Positions 13,616-28,116 of a stretch of DNA of 64,000 nucleotides are shown here, piece by piece. Location of the stretch: positions 868,001 to 932,000 of the forward strand of contig OZ037769.1 of NCBI GenBank assembly GCA_964035545.1, given 5' to 3'. How positions within the stretch are numbered: the first letter of the stretch is position 1; the number at the start of each line of letters is the position of its first letter. Position numbers and translations under genes: made by a program. This DNA is from Bugula neritina (lineage: Eukaryota > Animalia > Bryozoa). The notes under the pieces are model-generated. The model ran no database searches. It was not told where the DNA came from and saw only the letters and a program-made list of their open reading frames with translations.

Positions 13616-16600
13616 CACATAAAACTCATACATTAGTTCTTACTTCCCATCTGATAACTTATCAGTCACATAACATAATGTCACTCAAGTTTTATTACCA
13701 CAAATCTCAGTGGAGACTATAAAAAGGTATTAAGATAAGTTGATAACTGTGACACGACCCTGCTGACGCAAGCCAAGAACTGCCCACTTTGTTCACCACG
13801 CTGCCGTTGTTTCACAGATACTCGGAAATCTCTGCATCTTTTTTGTTTGATTAGATTTGGTCTACACGGAATTCTAAAGGAATAAATTCACAAATATCTA
13901 AGAACACTCCTTAGAATAGTTCACATGTTGCATGTGTTTTATGCAGGCACCACCATTCCAGTCAACATAGTGTCTCTTGTCTCTTTAAATACTTGGTGTG
14001 ATTTATTTCAATATATTCATATAATGTAACATTAAAGCATATAAATTAACTATAGACTATAGACTATAGAATATAGAGCATAATTTTAAGGTTAAATTGT
14101 AATAGTGTGCACATGCGTGTATTTGTGTAAAAGTAGAAACAGCTAATATTCACAAAATAAAATAATAAAGGCTACAATTGCACTTGCAGAAAATAAAACT
14201 ACATGTGTTTATGAAAATCATCACTCGAGCACTACTCAGATGTTCACAAGTTATATAATTTATATACATTAAATTGGGAATACAAAATACAAGTTTTAAT
14301 TTTCTGAATATAGAAACTTCATCATTTTACGTATAGGTTTTCACACACCTCAATTATACTTACAAGTTACAAAATAAATATACTTACTTCTCTTGTAAAT
14401 AATCTCCCAATGCAACTTGTCTAATGATTTGTTAATTACCACGCAGTTCATATTGACTGTAATACAAATTTTGAAAAACATAAAATACTTATTAACAATA
14501 TTATTTGAACAATGAAGACTTTTCAACAATACAAGTAGAAGACAACTCTTTACTCAGTCATATTTTTTACTTTCAGCTGGACACTGAGTGCATGTGTACT
14601 AACAAGTCTAATGAAAATAATTGCATTTTATTATTCATTAGGTTTATTCACTCCATTCTTAAATATATACTTTAGGACAATAAAAAAATTGCAATGCATC
14701 AAAACAAATTACAGATATACACGCATAACTGAATATAAACGTCTTTATTTTTAATAAATATTTATATTATTATTTATAAGAATGATATTTGAGATCACAT
14801 AAGAATACCGCACAAAGTTGTACTGCACTGGCATGATTTCACTTTAGCCCAGTCTTTCCGTCACCTTCTATACTCATTCCTTATTGGAACTTCCTCAAAA
14901 TGGTGGAGTATTAATCACCCCAGCTAGGGCGTAGCTTTACTAAATACCTTCTAATATCATCATTGCCACATGACAAGTAAAATATGCTTTCTCTTCAAAC
15001 ATAATTCATATTTTGAAAATTTCAAACCTGTCACTTATTCATAACCTTTGGAAAAAAAGTGAAAGTAATATATCATTGCAACACTTTTCATAACTTTCAT
15101 AATTTGGGCAAACTTATATAATTAATTATTGTTTTTAAGTGGAACGCAGAAAATAAGTGCAGATTGCAAAATACAAAGAGTCAAAGAGTATGTCCATGTA
15201 ACATTGATAATATGGAGCATATTATGAATAACAATATCCGTCGATATTTACGTATACCACAAATATGTAAACAAGAATGGCCTGCTTTACTGATTCGTAA
15301 GGCAGGTTTATAACATTACCAATTTGGAGAATTTTAGCAAAATTATTTTCATCTCATACAGATTTAAAACACACATAAGTTTTAAAGCTGCTGCAATATT
15401 TATCACTGTGATGTAAGATAATTAGATTTCATGGGTCTATAAAATCTATATTTATACATGATGGGCACTTGATACACGCCATATAAAAAGTATATATTAT
15501 ATTATATATTATACTATTCACTTTAGAACATAAATTTATTTATGTTTTTTTGCAGAATTTGCTAGAATATCATACTAAAAGGAGAGAGGGCGGTATGTAC
15601 AGCTAGATTGATAACTTTATAGCATATTTTAACTTTATTTTAACTATATTTTAACTTATTTAAATCTATTTTAACATCAAATATTAGCACCCAATACCTT
15701 TGATCCATGCAGGTTAGTATTATACATTCTACAGGACATTAGTTCTAGTCAAGTGGTGGAGTGGAAATAACTTTCAGTTTTAATAATATTTTTGTGCGAA
15801 CCCTGGTAAAAAGTTAAGGTATAAAAATATCCGCAGCGACGCAATTAATATTTTCAAGTGTCCACTCAATACTAAAATTATAAGAATAATGTTATGGAGA
15901 ATGAGTTAGATTCCTTCCCCGATTAGAATATCTTAGACTAAAAAATAGTGTGCATGTCACGTGAAAGTCTTGTTGTACTAGTTTTTGATCATAGCACATG
16001 GCATTACCATACGAGTAACTTTTTTACCGAAGTTGCTTAGTTGAAGGTCAGCCAACAGAGACGGGAAATTTTGAAATCACTTATTTAAGATTTAAATTTT
16101 GAGTCCATTTATAAGAAATTGACCTAAAGTTAAATACAACAATACAAAGGATATCTATACTAAAAACTAAAAGCTGTATTAATAATTTCTATTTGAAATT
16201 GTGAGGTCAATGCTAAGGAAGATAATTTACGGTTAGAAAAAATTGATTAATGAGCAGTTTTAACGTGGAAGCTTATTTAAATTCTTTCCCAGCTCTTTAC
16301 AGATTATAAATATTTTACCCTTATCCTGCACATATATAGTAACCTCACAGTGTAAATCCGTTCAGGGAAAACAGGTAAAAATAATTCTTTTTTTACTAAA
16401 ATACTTTTTTCACTAAATGTTTAGTATATTATATTAAGTTTTAATGAGGACACATGTAAAACTTTGAATATTTGAATCTCTTTCTTCTCAGTAATACGTA
16501 ATTTTTGCTAAATGAGATATCATAGGGTATTTTTTTATATGATGGAAGGAATGGTTTGTAATATCATGTGTTTTGTCAATTTTTTTAAACTACATAGCTA

Positions 16601-19214
16601 TTTTATTTTATCCTAATTTATTTATTGATGTGTTACATAACATAAAAGTTAGATTTCACAGAAAAGTGTATTTTACAAATTTTATAAAAACCAAAATACA
16701 GATTATTTTTTGTTGGCATTTAAAGTTTCTTTATTGATGAATTTCACTGTTGAAATTCGTTGAATGCTTTTATTTAGCTAAAAGGTAAAAATAATTTGTG
16801 CCTAATTTAATAATACCTGATATATAAATTATATTGTATAAAATATATCAGGGTAAAGCCTGCTCTATGCACTGTACAGCTCATAATATATAATTTGAGT
16901 ATAACCTGTTTTGCTGATAAATAAACATTTGGACCTTTACAAACATTTTCATTTCCACACACATCTTAGGTTATGAAATTATCATAAAATTGGTAATTGT
17001 CAATTGTTGTGCGTCTCTTAAGAGTTATGACATATAATAATATAATTATGGTATAAATTGAAACAAGCACCTGAAAGATAATATGAGCAGGTTGGATACA
17101 ATTGGTGATTATGAAAATGGCAGGAGGCATCAGGTGCTCTAACATGATCCTATAACTACATGTCAATCTCGGATGTCACATCCCATCAGCTTATTACATA
17201 CAGAAATTGCCAAAATGTATTATATCCAGTTTCCTATAATTATAAGATATCAAGTTTCAGCTAAGAATTATACATGTTTTGGTGATTTAGGTGTGAACGG
17301 ATTGTCACGAGTAAACAATATTGGTATGTGAATAACACCATTTCATGACTCATCTGCTATGGAAGAAAACAAAAGCTAGAAAGATGATTTCACTCGCTAG
17401 CTTACGTCCATTTTTGTATTTACAGATTTCATTCATATTTATTTTCATTGATTAGTAACCATAATTCACAGTCCATATGCGAACTAATGAGGCGCCATTT
17501 CTGTCACAAAACTGTCAGTCAGTTTGTCTCTGTGTTACACACTTTTATTGAAATAAGCAGACGTACTGGGAACTTTCAGCGTCCAGCATTTTTCCAAATT
17601 ATTTAAAGCAGAGAAACATTGGAACTGGACTTCATATGAAATATTAGGGTGCTAATTATACCAACACTTTATTATTGATCAAGGGTTAATTTCGAAACTT
17701 GGGCTACTATTTAATTTCTGTACTTAACACATTACTCATACGGACTTTGTGTAGCCAACACCATTTATTAGTCTATTAAAAATTAATCTACACAGTTGCA
17801 TTTCGCTTCAACAATGTCTTAATTACAATCCAAGCAATAGAATGTATACAATATTAAAATAAAGATTTGATTGCATAGAGTCATAAAGATTTAGAGGATT
17901 GACTTTGAAGTATTAACCATTGGAGAATTTTAGCAGAGATTAAGTTTCTTATGAAGGTGAAAGAGAGGAGAGAAAGAGTAATGGGAGGATGGTGGAGAGC
18001 CATGAGTCTATCGGTGTGGATATTGTATCTAAAGTATGTATGTTTATTATAGAGCCAGCGAGTCTAGCGCGAGTCATAACACGAGTGTATTAGTAGGAAT
18101 GTCGCGGATATAGCACCAAGGGCAGAGATAATGCTATGATATCAATTATATTTATGAACATTAATAGTTAAAATGGACAGAAGAACTGTTCACTGATAAC
18201 ATAGGAGATAATTATACATATTTACACAAAACTTCTTTCAATTACATGTAAATTTATAGAAGATTTCCTCAATTGTCACCTTTCATAAACTACTGACAAA
18301 AATGTTTTCGAATAATATATTTTAAAATGATATTGCATAAACTAATAGATTTCTTCAGAACATTGATGAATATAATACACTATTTAGCAAGGGTTCTAAA
18401 TATTGGAGCGATATCAGTGAGGGCGTTGTCTAGTCCCGCCTATCTTCGTTATTCAAGCCTCCATTCTCACCATGATCTCTGGACCTTCTATCACGGGACC
18501 TGCAACATATTCAGGGACATGGCTGGTAAGAGAAGAGGTTGAGGTAAATTGACAATTTAAAACTCAAATAAAGAGAACCGTGTATTTGATTGTCTCAATA
18601 TATTAATTAGCAGGGTGTGGGTTATATTATGTAACATTAATATACAACATATAATAATAGTAGTATAGCACTTGACACAATATATAATAAATATCATATA
18701 ATGGTGATTTAAACTAGATTATATTCTAATGAATTTACAAGTAATAAGAAATGGCAGGCAAGATATATCTGAGAGACATTTACCTAGCACTCATTAGTTA
18801 CGTGTCATTAGCGGGCGATAAAACACCTCTCTAAGTCAGATTTGACGGTACACACAGCAAACAAGGGGACGTACGTGTCATATGTATCTGTGTGGACACA
18901 GAGATGTGCAGGGCTGATAGTTACCAGGTTATAAATGACTTACAGCTTAGCTAATACCATGCCAATGTACATACACTCACCAAAACACATTACCAAACGG
19001 AAAACAACTTTATTTGAAATCAATTACATATAATATTCTGGTACAATATGCAGCTCCTTCAACACATTCATCCTTCTAAACTGTCCAAATGTATCTTTTC
19101 TAACCAACAATTAACAGGCTGAATTTGATAGTTATTGATTATCATATTTTAAAAACCCAATCAATCAGCTACTTGAGGTCATTATTAGCCCTAGGTATGG
19201 TCTAGCCTAGAGTG

Positions 19215-19591
19215 CTGAGGGGGTAGACAGTGGTGAGGGGTAGACAGTGGTGAGGGGGTAGACACTGGTGAGGGGGTATACAGTGGTGTGGGGGTAGACA
19301 GTGGTGCGGGGGGTGTACAGTGGTGAGGGGTGTACAGTGGTGAGGGGGTAGACACTGGTTAGGGGGTTATACAGTGGTGAGGGGTATACAGTGGTGAGGA
19401 GGGTATACAGTGGTGAGGGGTTATACAGTGGTGAGGGGGTATACAGTGGTGAGGGGTATACAGTGGTGAGGGGGTATACACTGGTTAGGGGGTATACAGT
19501 GGTGAGGGGTATACACTGGTTAGGGGGGTAGACACTGGTTAGGGGTATACAGTGGTGAGGGGTATACAGTGGTGAGGGGGTATACAGTGGT
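19215..19591. repeat. G-rich ~20-bp minisatellite (GGGGTATACAGTGGTGA), downstream of the LUC7 coding exons
   Basis: About 18 degenerate copies with G-runs of variable length. Confidence 0.9.
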
Positions 19592-20408
19592 AAGCATCTG
19601 TGAGATTAGCCTTGAGAGAGTAAAGAGAGACACTATTTATTATTAGCAGAAAGGACAGACTTGAGAGAACAATAAAGGTAATCAAATGGGTGTGTAATGT
19701 TGTGGTTAAACAGTCCAACAACTACTGCATGGATGAACAAAATTACTAGAGAAACATGCAGTGGCTGAGCAAAGAATGTGAAGTATTTATGAGCTTGTCA
19801 AGTGTGAAGGTGGTTGGATGGCAAAACTCTACATGTACAACAACCTCTACGTGTACAACAACCTCTACCCTCCATGTGATAGTAGAATGTTATAACATCA
19901 TACGCTGGCCGAACCTGCCAGTTCTATACTTCCCAAGAGCCAAGTGGTAGAAAACAGTTTCAACAGACCCAAGTTCAAAGTAGAACAAAGTAGAGCAAAC
20001 GCAGAAAGTGCTAACTGGAGCAGAGGAACAGAAAGGACTTGTTAACAGACACTCTGGTGTGTTTTATTACCCAGTGATACCATCAGCTAATAAAATCTGT
20101 CGCCATTATCTTGTACATTTTTGGGATTTCTTGTGACATTAAATTACGTTATTATATAAAAGTTATTAGCGGATTTATCATTCCATCTTGACCACATCTG
20201 GTACCTCCCCACCACTCTAACTCGGTGACACTCTAACTCAGTAGTTAGTCTCACTCTAACTCAGTCTCACTCTAACTAAGTACCACTCTAACACAGTCAC
20301 ATCTGTTTGTCATCGAAACTTTACATGCAAATAAAGAACTAATACTCCCACCTCTCTCTACACACAACACAAAACAATGTCTAGAATCAAGTTACACCGA
20401 TAACTAAC

Positions 20409-21042
20409 CTTGATCTCTTTCTGTTTCGTCTGTCTGACCTCGGTGACCTTGAACGGGATCGTCTACGATCTCTAGAATGGAAGTGTAGAAGAGGTCATAG
20501 TGTAATAGAAAATAAAGTGTCATCAAATGCATTAATATAACTCCACATAAACCTGTTGCCAGGAGCACTGAAGGTTCACCATTTCTCTCTCAGAATGACA
20601 GGAAATGACATCACCGGATAATGAACACTCGGCAAACTTGATATCTACTAACCTTCTGCCTCTATCTCTACTATTCCCACGTCTCCGTCGGTCACGTGAC
20701 CTGCTTCTACGCCTCTCTCTACTTCCTGGCCTTCTCCCTCTGGAATAATCAATAGCCCAATAATCAATAGTTATTTGCAAAACTCGATACCATTCAATAA
20801 TGTGCAATTAGCAATATACAATCATCAATATTATTATTCAATAATATTATTCAGTATTAATATAATATACAACAATAAATACAAAATAATTTTTCTCCAC
20901 AGGTATTGTAACTCAAAATATTAATGAAAACTAAAATATGATACAATGTACTATGCAAATAGGATAATATATATACAGTAAAATATATACATTATAATAT
21001 ATACACAGCATTATATCTACAGGATAATATATATAATGTATA

Positions 21043-21113
<71 letters not shown>

Positions 21114-24100
21114 TAATACTCAGGCTTGTCAGTTCATTACTCCATATTTACGTTTTCATTCTAAGTTCTCTTTTGTTAGTTGAACATTTTATGAGCAATA
21201 TATTGTAGTTGACAAATCTCTCATCTTTTAGCATATCATATCAACACGATATCACGGTTTAAGGAGTTGTTTGATGTAGATTATTAAGCAGACACACGGT
21301 TTAGACTTGGAGACTGGAGGCACCGAATAATGAGCGAGGAAGGAGCAATGTGATACATTTAATTATGTTTCAGTAATAATTAGTGGCTACCCTGAATTCT
21401 TTAGTTATTAATATTCATATCTAGCATTTATCTCAGACAGATATGCTTATATATTCATGAAGAGAGGAGATAATAGGTGATTTGCTAGCGCTCCAACCAG
21501 TTTTTGATCAGCAATTGTCAATTTAATTGAATTAATGAGATTACATAACGTGAGTTAGTTTTGTAAAATTTAAATAATAACTGCATTAATTGAAGTAGTA
21601 TGCTGCATACGTTGAATGACTTTCAGCTTCGACATGATTTATTACTTATGCAGTTGCATTTGCAACTCCTAAAATATTATTTTATGTGTAAAATATTCAT
21701 AATTTCTTATTAAATGAGGAAACATTTATTAATCTCATACCAACTTTCTACAGCATTATACTGCATGCATTATTCTATTTCGTACACAAAGTACACACAA
21801 TAACAAACCAGTATAACTTTATTTGTGATGTTTTTGCCATAATTTCAAGGAATAATTGCTTTTGTAAAATTTTTTAATTACTCTTACCAAATACACATGT
21901 GACTAGCAAAGCTGCCTCCCTATAAAAAGAATAACCACTGAACCCAACTTGTCAACTAAAAGCTATCATGGGGCACATACTGCTCACTGTCACATGACTT
22001 GAGTTTGACGCGTTACAAGAGCGCTATGAGAATAGGCTATGTGCTGTGTCAAACAAATGAAGAGCAAGTTAAGGTGCTTGAAGGTGGCAATACAGTATAT
22101 TAGAAAGGAGAAACAGAAGGAGATGGCAGGTACATGCATGTGCTCATATGCTTTCCGGTATGAATAAAATAAGATGGAAAAAAAAACCTTTATTGGTGTA
22201 GACCGTAGAGTGTAGAGTACAAAAATATGTTACAAGCTGTCCACTGCAGGTTGTTTAGTTTACCAACATGGAGCTCTCTATACTACATCCACAAAACTAT
22301 AGATAGTTTGTTGGCAGCTCTTCCATTACTAAGTCTACTCAGTCACATCATTATGGCCACGGAAATTATCAAATAGAAAATGTGTCACCATAATTACACC
22401 ATCTTCTTTTGTGAAAGCATGGCGCAGGGTGGAATGCAATAAGAACACCGTCCAACCAATTGCTGGCCGAAGGCGTGAGAAGAAAACGTCGCAGTGTTCA
22501 GTTACTAGACTTTCCCAATCTCTGCTTTAAGAAGTCAATTTCACGTTTCATTTACCTTGTACTAACATACATCAATTCACAAATAATGGACGAAAAAGAC
22601 ATTTTATCAGCTGATAAAAATAGTCCCAATTACTCCTCGGTACACTCAAAATATCTTTCTCAAAGATGAACTCAAAAACTAGTTCAATAAAAATAGAATT
22701 TAAACGATGTGAGATTTGTCTTTAGATATTTCAATCCTCACTTAGTTCAACACTTCAATTACTGATAGTAATACAATGTCAAGCTATGGAAGAAAATAAT
22801 ATAAAAGTACATACAAAACTTAATTGTTATATTCTTGATGGGCATATCACTTGAAGAGCGCAACTTAAAACTGCATCAGCAATTTTTTAAAAACTCTGAG
22901 CTGGTATAAATTGAATTTGGAAAATACATTACAAATGCACTCACTTCAACTAAATAGACATCATCTATTGTAAATGACTATTATATACATAATGAAGATG
23001 AGATATTATAAACATAGTGAGTGAAAATGTTTCAAAGATGCTAATCCTTCAATATTATTATGTAATACTTCAAGAGTTGGTAAAAAATGCACTATTATTT
23101 AACTTAATGAGTTAATCAGCATAAGTTAAGCCACACCCAAATGCCAATATTAATATGACAGCATGAAGCAGGTTGCACCCTAGACCAGAATAGAGTGTAT
23201 TATATTGGCAGAGATGAGCAAGTGCTTCCAGACTTATATATGGCAGATGATGTCAGGTGCTTGCACGACATGGTGCCAATACTCTGCTATAGCAAGGAGT
23301 ACAAGTGGAATTAGCCAAGAACAATTAAAACAGTCATTTTTCTCAAACATTGCATTAAATTTACAAGCTCCAAAGATTTATTTTCTAGATGTACAAGTCT
23401 GTTAACCCGATTGCTTTAGCTGAAAACTCAATTGTGAAAAGTTGAAAAATATAAATGCTATTTACAGTTAGAAATTCAAAGCGCCACCTAACAGGAAATT
23501 TGCTGAAAGCCAAGAAGTGTTTCATATAAAATCATATTTTTAAGTGTTGAAATTCATATCTATGTGCTGGAGAAATTTTAATTATGTAAATAGAGGTAAA
23601 TGATGTGTCGAAGTGACTTTGATATAATATTTACGAGGTATTGCCACATGCTAAGAGCCAGCCTGTATTTATATTTTATTAGACTGCAATATTTTGGCAA
23701 GGGTACCTGTTGGGCGAAGATCAAGTTTAGGTACAAGTCTTGCAAACTACCATTAAGTTTATTTATCACCCCACTTGATCAGATAGAGGTTTATGAGCTG
23801 GGTTTAGAGAGAAAGAGAAGACTGTGTTTATCTTGGTGTGATTCAATATGGGCGGACCACAAAATGAAACAGTGAATCGAGCTGAGCTGGTTTCCACCAA
23901 TCTCTAGAGCTGCACCGATTTAAAATGGTGAAGACACCACGGTCTACAAAGTTAGTTAAGAGAACAGGTTGTGAAAGTGCCTGTAGTTAAGAGTATAGGT
24001 TGGGGCTGCCAAAGTCAGTGAGGCGTAGTCATGACTCTAATTTCATGTATTGTTTATGACATGTAAGTTGTGACATGAAAGTGACGAAAGTATTATTCAA

Positions 24101-27100
24101 TAATGAATTGCGTTGCATATGGGCCCATGATTGGTGTGAATTGGAGCCAGCTACTTAAGATGAAACATTATATGAGCAGCACCGAGTCCAATACGTCAAG
24201 TGCCTGCCTTCTAATCATACAGGAAGCTGGTGATTTCCAATGAAGGACAATTGCACCGGTTGCACTGGGTAACCAGAGGTAATTTCTTATCCTTTCCAGT
24301 GACTAATGAAGCGCACCATCTTTAGAGAGAGCCAAGGGTATAAACCCCTCCCCCCACCTCCCGGACCCATGTTTTGATGACAGAGTATTAGAAATTTGAA
24401 AAATGTCACAGCTTATATAACTATTTCTTTTGAATAGAAACTTCTGGAGATATTGAAGAATAAAACAGAAGTTGACTAAAAGCAATACAAAAAAATAAAA
24501 AATTAAACTTATATTATTAATAATATGTCTTCTGTCACACGCGAGCGCGCACACACACACTTATCTCTGTCGCACAACACACACCTGTCTCTGTCACACA
24601 ACACACACCTGTCTCTGTCACACAACACACACCTGTCTCTGTCACACAACACACACCTGTCTCTGTCACACAACACACACCTATCTCTGTCACACAACAC
24701 ACACCTATCTCTGTCACACAACACACACCTGTCTCTGTCACACAACACACACCTATCTCTGTCACGACTTCTTTTTCTGCTCCGTGACCTTGATCTGTCA
24801 CGATCCCGTTCTGCGCGACGTTTCTCCATCCTCTCCTCTCGGTCTTTCTCCCGGGCAGCTCGTCTATCAACCACAGTCTTCTACAAACAGCATACGGCAG
24901 CAGTCAGCAGGGGCCCCCAAAAGGAGTGGATACAGATATTCACAGCAAAGGAGAGGGGGTAGTAAGCTTACCTTGAGTTCGTCCAGCTTGTCCCTGATCT
25001 CTATGAATCCGATGTGCAGTTTCCCACCAAAGTGGTCTGCCAGTCTGCGGTCGTTGTCATGGATACCGAGATACGCTCCGCACACCTCACACACCCTCAG
25101 CTTCTGCTGCTGGTAGGTGCTGGCTGGCATTGAGTTCTTAAAGTCTTCCTGTGATAACAGAGAGGGGGTGACAGACCAACCCAACTACGACCAATATACA
25201 GTAGAACAAGGGCTGTGGCATTACTTTCTAGGCTGTACAATATTTTAGTGAAAATATATATTTTCTGCTAAGATTTATAACTCAAAGTATTAAAACACAC
25301 AAATGAAATTACAAGATCTAATGCAAGTCAACAGCACATTTAGGGTTGTCTTATCATTGTAAAGTAACAAGAAAGAGCAGATAACTTCAAAATATGCCCA
25401 CAAACCAACATTTAAATATAATTAGTTGATTGCTTGGTGAATTGGAATGAAGAATTTAATAAACAAAAGCACAGCCACCATGTTCCCAGCTAAACTAGAT
25501 AGAAGCTAAATAGACTGAGAAACTAAATAGACTGAGAAACTAAATAGACTGAGAAACTAAATAGACTGAGAAACTAAATAGACTGAGAAGCTAAATAGAC
25601 TGAGAAACTAAACAGACTGAGAAACTAAATAGACTGAGAACCTACCTCAGCCTCCGCCTTGGCCTTGTTCAGCTCGTCTACTTCAGCCATCAGCTTCATG
25701 GACTCCTCGATGTTACCCTCTGCACCACACGACTCCGCCTTGGCCAGCTTCGTACCGATCTCTTCTCCCAGTTGCAGGATGGCGTCAGCCTGTACAGGTA
25801 AGAGTGACACAGCAGGTGAGAGTGACATCACAGGTGATACTCTCAGCACAGATAAGTTAGTGAACTAGCAACAGACTCAAAACACTCATCCTTAACATAC
25901 CCAGGTGAGATACTCAGGTGAGACACCCAGGTAAGATACTCAGGTGAGACACTCAGGTAAGATACTCAGGTGAGACACTCAGGTGAGATATTGAGGTGAG
26001 ACATAAAGCACCCACCTTGGAGGTTGCCTCCTCTGTGAGATCATCTTGAGTTTCCTTCAGCTTCTTCTTGGCTATTTCCGTGCGACGGTCACAGTCGAGG
26101 ATGAACTCCTCCAGGTGTTCCATGGCGTCGATGTCGTAGAAGTAGTCCCTCTCCTTAGAGGCCGTGTCAAAGTCAGCTCGGAGGGCGTGGTCGTGTACCT
26201 TAGGACACTCCCCCAAATCCATTCTCTACGCAGCAAACATATATAAGTAAGTAGGAGATGTAAGTAAGAGATGTAAGTAAGAGATGTAAGTAAGAGATGT
26301 AAGTACACCAAGAACTATAAATATAAAGTATTGAACTCTAATGTCAATCCACCCGATTATAGTACTAGTTGCAGTCAAAACTCATTTCTAAAAGTACCGC
26401 CCACATTACTCATAGCACCGCCCACATTACTTATAGTACCGCCCACTACACACAGAGAGACAAAGAAAGGAGTCGGAAGGCAGACGCCGAGACACTTACC
26501 GTACTGGAGAGGATGTCGTGAGGACAACACGACAAAAGGAAACTCTTACATACCCTCGAACTATCAAACTTTACTCGACTCTTAGTTTCCTCCCCTAAAA
26601 AACAAAGAGCTGAGCAGTTAGAGCAGAGGCTAACATCACCAGTCGCAAATTCAAGTCACACGCAAAGGATTTATGAATTTCATCTTACGCATCTGTAGAC
26701 CCGTTTTAACTAGTTGCACGCAACCCGATTCAACTCAGAGCTGTCAGCATCTACAAGGCAGCTGAAAGCCGCCTTTGGGCTACAAATATATCATCATATG
26801 CAAACAACAGTACAGAAATCAGTGTGAAACAAGTATTTGCAACGAGTTAAGAGCTTTACCTGGCCTTACCATACTTAATTCCACAAACTGCTATAAGAGA
26901 CTGAAACATTAAAAAGTACGTCATGGTATGCCTTCAACAGTGTGTGCAATCAACAAGATGAAGACATTGAAAAAGTGGGTTTGCTTTGTTTTTTTACAGT
27001 AAACTCACGGAATGGCGGCAAGAAATGTGCTGACAAGCTACGCTGATCTGCCCTATCTTAGGGGCCCAAGGGCCAAGTCCTTCTGGCCTAACGTGGCCGG

Positions 27101-28116
27101 CATTAGGAGACAAACCTTGAAAAGTGATTGAAAATATACATTAATTCTGGTAGTCTACTTGAGACTGCAAACTACTGAACCAAGTTGCAGCTCAGCTTTT
27201 CACAAATTATAATTCTAGAGGTGAGATTGGAAACAGGATCTTGTTGGGTCCCCAACACAACTACTGGTGGTGATTTATCATCGAACACCTCCCTCAACAT
27301 TAAAAGTGCTAAAATTATTCAAGTAAATCAACTCAAATAATTATATTTAAAAGACTACAAAATAATAAAATGAACAGGTATGTATTTTTATAGTTCCAAC
27401 AAAATGTAGGCCCATACCTACATCTTATTTTTAGGTTAAACTTAGAATTTAAATAGTAAAATAAAATTCAAACTGAAATTAGTAGTTTACTATTGGTCCT
27501 ACTCTCGTGCAGTCAATATCCTACTGTACATTTAACAATCTGCATTGCAATCCCAATTTCACACTCACTTCCCATTTGAATCAGACAATGACAATTGCTA
27601 CAGCCATGGGACTTTGAGCTAGTAATACTAATACTAATAGTAGAACTACTAGTTACTCTTAGTCAGTACCAAGTAACCAATTACTATTACTATTAGTATT
27701 AGCAAAGTAAAGTTAAACTTAATCATAATTATATTTATTATTATGATTATTAAATAAATATTAGAGTTGGAAATATAATATAAACACGAATAATAGCGAC
27801 CCATTTAACGTAATTTACTAATTAAAATGATCAGATTTAAAGATAGGCCTAAAGAATAGAACTAACTGTAAGTGTAAGTCTGTAACACCAGCAGTAACAC
27901 ATTTCGAAATCTAACTGCAAATTATCAAGCTTAAAAGTACTACAAGAAAAAGTAAATTCCAATTACATCTAATTCTATTCTAATTCATAATTAATCATTA
28001 TTGATTATAGCACTAGACAGTAGACGCAGTTATAATAAAACTAAAAGTTGCTTACCATCTCGACCAGTGCCCATCAACTGGTCTAACATTTGTCTCATCT
28101 GATCATGTGCTGACAT
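20409..28116 (-). CDS. LUC7L: LUC7-like U1 snRNP-associated splicing factor (LUC7L/LUC7L2 subfamily); 8 exons mapped, terminal exon unresolved
   Basis: GT-AG exons with consistent phase: 28056-28116 (MSAHDQMRQMLDQLMGTGRD), 26500-26594 (VCKSFLLSCCPHDIL), 26016-26225 (MDLGECPKVHD), 25646-25789, 24972-25148 (QKLRVCEVCGAYLGIHDNDRRLADHFGGKLH), 24753-24880, 20653-20739, 20409-20471 (RS/RD-rich). Both LUC7 zinc fingers and the RS tail are present. Confidence 0.95.
21047..21112. repeat. (TA)n(CA)n microsatellite in a LUC7 intron
   Basis: Direct inspection. Confidence 0.9.
24561..24752 (-). repeat. 24-bp tandem repeat x8 duplicating the LUC7 exon-6 end and 5' splice site
   Basis: Minus-strand unit GTGTGTGTTGTGTGACAGAGAYAG; translates in frame as CVLCDRDR. 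Confidence 0.9.
25501..25640. repeat. 17-bp tandem repeat (GAGAAACTAAATAGACT) abutting the LUC7 exon-4 donor
   Basis: About 8 copies. Confidence 0.85.

Noticed and set aside
13740-14456. Exon-like segments with AG/GT boundaries on the minus strand
   Set aside because: No consistent frame or recognisable protein; a gene call cannot be supported.
20155-20360. Candidate LUC7 terminal exons (e.g. RERWEY* or RCGQDGMINPLITFI*)
   Set aside because: Several weak acceptors; cannot choose without transcript data.
24525-24962. ORFs with HLSLSHNT or ETGVCCVT repeats
   Set aside because: Alternative frames and antisense of the 24-bp repeat and LUC7 exon.
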